DNA of 64,000 bases. It comes from an uncultured archaeon (GTDB lineage: Archaea > Asgardarchaeota > Lokiarchaeia > Sigyniarchaeales > SOKP01). The stretch covers positions 32,001 to 96,000 of the forward strand of contig CAZWEM010000004.1 of assembly GCA_964632315.1 (NCBI GenBank), in the 5' to 3' direction. Each line of letters opens with the position of its first letter. Within the stretch, counting starts at the first letter, position 1. A program made the position numbers and the translations under genes. Shown here piece after piece: positions 59,517-64,000 of this stretch. Under the pieces are notes generated by a model, which had not been told where the DNA came from, did not search any database, and was given only the letters and a program-made list of their open reading frames with translations.

Positions 59517-60281
59517 ATGATAAATCAAATATTTCAAGTTGAGTTAGATCCATTAAGCCAACTTTCGGGATTATTAGCATTTATCTCTTTAATTGTCGCA
59601 TGGTTCTATGGAGCATTAATTTTAATTAAAGCAGTTCAGCTTAAATATAAGACGTTTTATTACCTCTTTTTAGCGGTTACTTTCACGATGTCTCCTTGGT
59701 ATCCTAGCGGTATTGGGTATGTATATTGGGTAATTACCTCTGAGGCTTTACCGTATACTACTTACATATTATTAGGTACATTAGGAGTTCCAATTGCTCT
59801 CTTCTCATGGTTTCAAATATATATTCCGGGATTACATCCAAAAGCAAAAAAACCCTTATTGATAACAACAACCATTCTTTCAATTGCCTTTTATATTTAC
59901 GTAATATACTTCTTATTTTTAGCTCCTGGTGCACCTATAATAGAGTTAATTGCATTAAGACCTACTGCCGTCGATACTGAATACAAAGTTTATGCTTTAA
60001 TTTTTCTTGCTTATTCACTACTAATTAGTACGGTGACTGGTAATGACTTCTCCATAAATTCAATAAAAAATGAAGATAAACTTCTCAAATGGAAAGGAAT
60101 ATTCCTAATTTTATCATTTAACTTGTATGCAATTGGGGCAATAGGTGATGGATTTTTACCCTTAACACCGGTGACCTTGATCATTTTTCGAATTTTTATG
60201 GTATTATCAAGTACTTTCTATTATATCGGATTCATTCTGCCAAGATGGATGAGAAAACTCCTTTCAATTAATGAATCCTAA
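59517..60281 (+). CDS. Seven-TM membrane protein of unknown function
   Basis: About 7 hydrophobic segments; ends YIGFILPRW. Confidence 0.7.
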   Translation: MINQIFQVELDPLSQLSGLLAFISLIVAWFYGALILIKAVQLKYKTFYYLFLAVTFTMSPWYPSGIGYVYWVITSEALPYTTYILLGTLGVPIALFSWFQIYIPGLHPKAKKPLLITTTILSIAFYIYVIYFLFLAPGAPIIELIALRPTAVDTEYKVYALIFLAYSLLISTVTGNDFSINSIKNEDKLLKWKGIFLILSFNLYAIGAIGDGFLPLTPVTLIIFRIFMVLSSTFYYIGFILPRWMRKLLSINES

Positions 60282-60356
60282 CTTTATTTTTTCCTTAAAT
60301 TTCAATTGATTCTTATTAGGCTTTTTTGATTTATTGGAAAGTTCAATTTAATAATT

Positions 60357-60899
60357 TCAATTTAAAAATTCCTTAAAAAGCCGATTTACTCCATTAAAGA
60401 GTAGTGGAAGAGCTATTATTATAGCTACAAGAGTAAAACCAACTGTGGGGATAACTAAGATGAAAATCCCGAAAATCATCGTTATTAAACCTATTATCAG
60501 TAATATATATCGGTATTCTTTGCTATAATCATAGTTCATCGATCCTACATATAACATTGCTAATCCAATAAGAAGAATTACGAGTCCAAGCAATCGGATA
60601 ACAAATACTGCAGTAGCAATTGGATCAATTGATAAACTAACAATGATAATAATTCCAATAATTAATTCAAATACGCCGATTAAATATTTTACAACTAGAT
60701 TTGTTCCCTCGAGATTAATATCTGATTTTGTATTAAATATTTGAGTGGCCCCTATAAAAATCATCAGAATTGCCAAAATGACCAAAATTAAAATAATTGT
60801 AGCAGTAGAGTAGACTAAGAGGATGATAGAAAGGACAATAATTATTATGCCAGAAATGATGTTAAAGTTTTTCGAACTTAAAAAAACCATAAAAATCAA
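60357..60899 (-). CDS. HdeD/DUF308-family membrane protein
   Basis: Six TM helices in repeated G-I-I-I-x-P units. Confidence 0.7.
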   Translation of the reverse strand: MIFMVFLSSKNFNIISGIIIIVLSIILLVYSTATIILILVILAILMIFIGATQIFNTKSDINLEGTNLVVKYLIGVFELIIGIIIIVSLSIDPIATAVFVIRLLGLVILLIGLAMLYVGSMNYDYSKEYRYILLIIGLITMIFGIFILVIPTVGFTLVAIIIALPLLFNGVNRLFKEFLN

Positions 60900-60939
60900 T
60901 AAAAAATTTAATTTTAAAATTATATATATTTTAATGAAA

Positions 60940-61620
60940 TCACGAATCTATTTGAACATTTTGTATTTCGGGTCTTAATTTTTGTCTTTCAGCGAGTTTT
61001 AGAGAGAGTTCTTTCTTAAAATCAGATAATTCATTATGTATTTTCATGATTTCTCTATTTCGATCTATTAATTCTTTTTCTGCTTTCTTGAGATCTTTAC
61101 TTAGCCTAAGATATGCTTCCTTAGCCTTGTCAATTTTTTCTTTAGCAGCTGAAGACTTAAACAAGTTAATGTAAGTTTCTTGCTTTTTAGCGAGATTTTC
61201 TCTTATTTTTGCTACTTTCAACCTATTATTAACCAATTTTAATCCGTTTTCTGCGATCTCTATCTCTACTTTTGCAATTTTTTTATGATTTTCTGCTATA
61301 TTTTTTTGCATTTCCGATTCTCGTTCATTGAATTTTGCATGATTTAATTCAATTCCTAAACCTTTTTCTGAATAGCCTAATTCTTCTTTGATTTCAATTT
61401 TTTTTTCAATATACTTTTTAGTTTTCTGATGGAGTTTATCTTTTATTTGGGCTAATTCATATTCACTTTTTACGAGATCTTCTCGAATTTTAGCCCTTTT
61501 AATCTCCTGTTTAACCGCCTTTTTCAGTTCTTTAGCAATGATTTTTTCTGTCTTGGCTAATTCAAACTCATTTTGGGAGACTTTCTCTAATTTTTTTATT
61601 TCTTCCATTATTTTAACCAC
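60940..61620 (-). CDS. All-helical coiled-coil protein
   Basis: K/E-rich heptads across about 215 aa. Confidence 0.7.
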   Translation of the reverse strand: MVKIMEEIKKLEKVSQNEFELAKTEKIIAKELKKAVKQEIKRAKIREDLVKSEYELAQIKDKLHQKTKKYIEKKIEIKEELGYSEKGLGIELNHAKFNERESEMQKNIAENHKKIAKVEIEIAENGLKLVNNRLKVAKIRENLAKKQETYINLFKSSAAKEKIDKAKEAYLRLSKDLKKAEKELIDRNREIMKIHNELSDFKKELSLKLAERQKLRPEIQNVQIDS

Positions 61621-61716
61621 TCAACTATGTAGATGTTAAGATTTCAAAATCTATTCTAGATTGGTAAGCTTTTAAATGTTTGCGCATTATTTTAAAAACA
61701 AATCATAATACAAAAA

Positions 61717-62799
61717 TTGGTTTTAAAGATTCCAAAAAATATTTTCAAAATTAAAAAAAAACAAAAAATTGGAGAACCTCCGGGAACTTTAATATATACT
61801 GGAAAAATAAGGAGACAAAAATCGAAGTTAAGAATTATTACTTATACCAAAGATGATTTTGAGATTAAAGAGATAGAAGATCTTAAAATTGAGTCAAATA
61901 TGTTAGAAAAGAATAAGAACAACTGGATGAATGTTACCGGATTAGCTAATGTGGATTTAATAGAAAATATTGGGAATCTATTTGACCTACATCCACTTGT
62001 ACTCGAGGATATTCTAAATACTCTACAAAGACCAAAATTAGAAGAATTTGAAAAATATATTTTCATAGTCCTTAAAAATCTATTATGGAATGAAGAAAGA
62101 GGAGAATTTGATCAAGAACAAATTAGTCTTATATTAGGGGAGAATTTTGTGTTATCTTTTCAAGAGGAAGAATCAGATATTTTTCAGCCAATAATTGATA
62201 GGATAAAGATTCCAAAGGGAAAAGTTCGTACGATGGAGGCTGATTATTTACTCTATGCTTTAGTTGATTTAATTGTTGATAATTACTTTATTGTTATGGA
62301 ATACATTAGTGAGAAAATAGAAAATATTGAAGATGAACTCGTTAGTGAACCAGAAGTAGAAACTCTGAGGAAAATATATCGAATAAAAAGAACGATCATA
62401 GATCTAAGAAAATTTGTATGGCCTCTTAGAGAATTAGTAAATAAATTGCAGCGTGAACAATCAAAGTTGATATCTTTTTCACTTCAGATTTACATCAGAG
62501 ATGTATATGATCATATTTTTAGAATTACAGAGACGATAGATAATTATCGTGAAATTATATTTGGAATGCTCGATATGTATCTTTCGAGTGTTAGCAACAA
62601 AATGAATGATATCATGAAGGTTTTAACGATAATATCAACGGTTTTCATACCATTATCATTTCTTGCTGGATTTTATGGTATGAATTTTCCAAACATGCCG
62701 GAATTTTCATATCCTTTCTCATATCAAATTTTGATATTTGTAATGATAGGTATATTTGTTATAATGATATTGTATTTTAAAAGCAGAAAATGGATTTAG
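61717..62799 (+). CDS. corA: Magnesium/cobalt transporter CorA
   Basis: GEPPGTL, LHPLVLEDIL..QRPKLE, MNDIMKVLTI, GMNF signature, MPE. Confidence 0.96.
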   Translation: MVLKIPKNIFKIKKKQKIGEPPGTLIYTGKIRRQKSKLRIITYTKDDFEIKEIEDLKIESNMLEKNKNNWMNVTGLANVDLIENIGNLFDLHPLVLEDILNTLQRPKLEEFEKYIFIVLKNLLWNEERGEFDQEQISLILGENFVLSFQEEESDIFQPIIDRIKIPKGKVRTMEADYLLYALVDLIVDNYFIVMEYISEKIENIEDELVSEPEVETLRKIYRIKRTIIDLRKFVWPLRELVNKLQREQSKLISFSLQIYIRDVYDHIFRITETIDNYREIIFGMLDMYLSSVSNKMNDIMKVLTIISTVFIPLSFLAGFYGMNFPNMPEFSYPFSYQILIFVMIGIFVIMILYFKSRKWI

Positions 62800-62811
62800 T
62801 GATTTAATAAG

Positions 62812-63453
62812 ATGGGAACAGAAAACTTTATCGTATATATAAACATTTTAATCTCCTCAGCAGTTTTAATTTTTATTATCTGGGATCATCTTAAGGATGA
62901 TCGTTTATTAACAAAACAAGTAAAAGAATTTTATACCGATATTGAAATGTTAATCTACACCTATATTCAAGTAAAATACTATAATATTATTGAAAAGAAA
63001 GAAATCGAAGTTTCTGACGTAAGTGCGTTAAATAAAACACGAAATCGCGATATAATTCAAAAGTCTTATCTTAAAACTAAGATTAGCCACAATTTCGAAG
63101 CTTATGGTAATTACATTGGTCTAACGATAGATGATGAAGAAAAGCTTTATTTAAATAACACGATTTATGTTTTATCTTTTGATGGACTTCTAAAAAACAG
63201 GATCTTCGAAGATAATTCTTTGGTTGAGATCATAAAATCTTATGTCGACATCCAAATTGAAGAGATATCAGAAATTAATAAATACTTAACGAGTTTAAGA
63301 TTCTATTGGAATAAAAATTATAAAAAACTTTTTTTCAGACCGAAACTAGTTCAGCAACTTAATTTCAATGATTTACTGGGGTCTTCTATTCCTTTAGAAA
63401 AGAGGCGAGGTAGAATAATAGCTAAATTTAAAAAAAAAAGTATTGAGCGCTAA
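62812..63453 (+). CDS. Hypothetical protein with an N-terminal TM anchor
   Basis: IVYINILISSAVLIFIIW followed by a soluble domain. Confidence 0.6.
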   Translation: MGTENFIVYINILISSAVLIFIIWDHLKDDRLLTKQVKEFYTDIEMLIYTYIQVKYYNIIEKKEIEVSDVSALNKTRNRDIIQKSYLKTKISHNFEAYGNYIGLTIDDEEKLYLNNTIYVLSFDGLLKNRIFEDNSLVEIIKSYVDIQIEEISEINKYLTSLRFYWNKNYKKLFFRPKLVQQLNFNDLLGSSIPLEKRRGRIIAKFKKKSIER

Positions 63454-63455
63454 GA

Positions 63456-64000
63456 TTAACTTACCTGTTCTATTAGCGTTGGAGTACGAATATCGATATT
63501 GTGTCTATTACAAACGTCCAATACTGCTTTATGTAATTCTGAGTCAATATAAGGGAGATTCTTTATATCAGAAATAAAAACATATAATGTATATTGAACA
63601 GCATAATTTTGGAATTCTGTTATCCAAACATATGGTTTAGGATCATTTAAAACTTGTGATACACTTTCTGGTACTTCTAATAGGGCTTTTTCAATCTTTA
63701 TTCTATCTTCTTTAAAGCTTGGGGTAATTGAAACACTTCTTCTAATAATTTTATCTTTTCCTAAATCTATAATCTCCGAATTCATTAATTGTTGATTAGG
63801 TACGGAGATTTGTATTTTATCTAGAGTAATCATAATGGTATAAATTAATTTTATTTCAGTAATATCCGCAATTTGATCGTTAAAAATTATTCTGTCTCCG
63901 ACGGAAAACGGTTTACTTACCATAATAATTATACCAGCGATCATATTTCCGATTGTACTCATAGAAGCAAAACCAATAACTGTTCCCCCCATAACAGTGA
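63456..64000 (-). CDS. mscS: Small-conductance mechanosensitive channel (5' end probably outside window)
   Basis: GFAS..IGNMIAGI...KPFSVGDRI, ISVPN, DPKPYV, IDIRTP. Confidence 0.88.
   Translation of the reverse strand, partial: TVMGGTVIGFASMSTIGNMIAGIIIMVSKPFSVGDRIIFNDQIADITEIKLIYTIMITLDKIQISVPNQQLMNSEIIDLGKDKIIRRSVSITPSFKEDRIKIEKALLEVPESVSQVLNDPKPYVWITEFQNYAVQYTLYVFISDIKNLPYIDSELHKAVLDVCNRHNIDIRTPTLIEQVS

Noticed and set aside
295-62066. Short ORFs antisense or out of frame within longer genes (e.g. 295-489, 1410-1697, 6332-6562, 12697-13035, 22979-23212, 25665-26117, 36802-37137, 38939-39289, 49320-49685, 61842-62066)
   Set aside because: They shadow well-supported genes and show no motifs.
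1-64000. CRISPR arrays, rRNA, IS elements, prophage genes
   Set aside because: No regularly spaced repeats, no long GC-rich structural RNA, and no transposase, capsid or terminase motifs seen by eye.

Overview
AT-rich (roughly 30% GC by eye), gene-dense archaeal chromosomal segment, very probably from an Asgard archaeon of Lokiarchaeia type. Support for this: PAN and two PAC2 proteasome factors, NreA, DUF2070, an AfpA-type flavoprotein, small Arf/Rab-like GTPases, a longin/uDENN-like protein, a surface protein with an IPGF-TM-basic tail, and an intron-containing tRNA. Most content is housekeeping or metabolic: Fe-S assembly (IscS, minimal SufC-SufB), purE-rpiA-rpe, gatC, dut, thiolase, ADP-forming acyl-CoA synthetase, a FabH-like/acyl-CoA ligase cluster, CorA and MscS. 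I saw no CRISPR array, rRNA, integrase or transposase. Features missing from the ORF track: a tRNA-Ala(GGC) with two non-canonical BHB-type introns (30926-31061), a GH94 phosphorylase C-terminal remnant (7302-7607), a nucleotidyltransferase pseudogene with three in-frame stops (31095-31877), and two probable homopolymer frameshifts. The most interesting candidates are: (1) an overlapping pair of an Arf-like GTPase and a longin/uDENN-winged-helix protein; (2) a membrane-anchored subtilase with the domain order of eukaryotic site-1 protease (MBTPS1); (3) a SIR2-TPR sensor-effector; (4) a five-fold internally repeated membrane protein heading a FabH-like/acyl-CoA ligase operon; (5) Hb-F-X tails on all three proteasome partners. 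All family assignments come from motif recognition by eye; no database searches were run.
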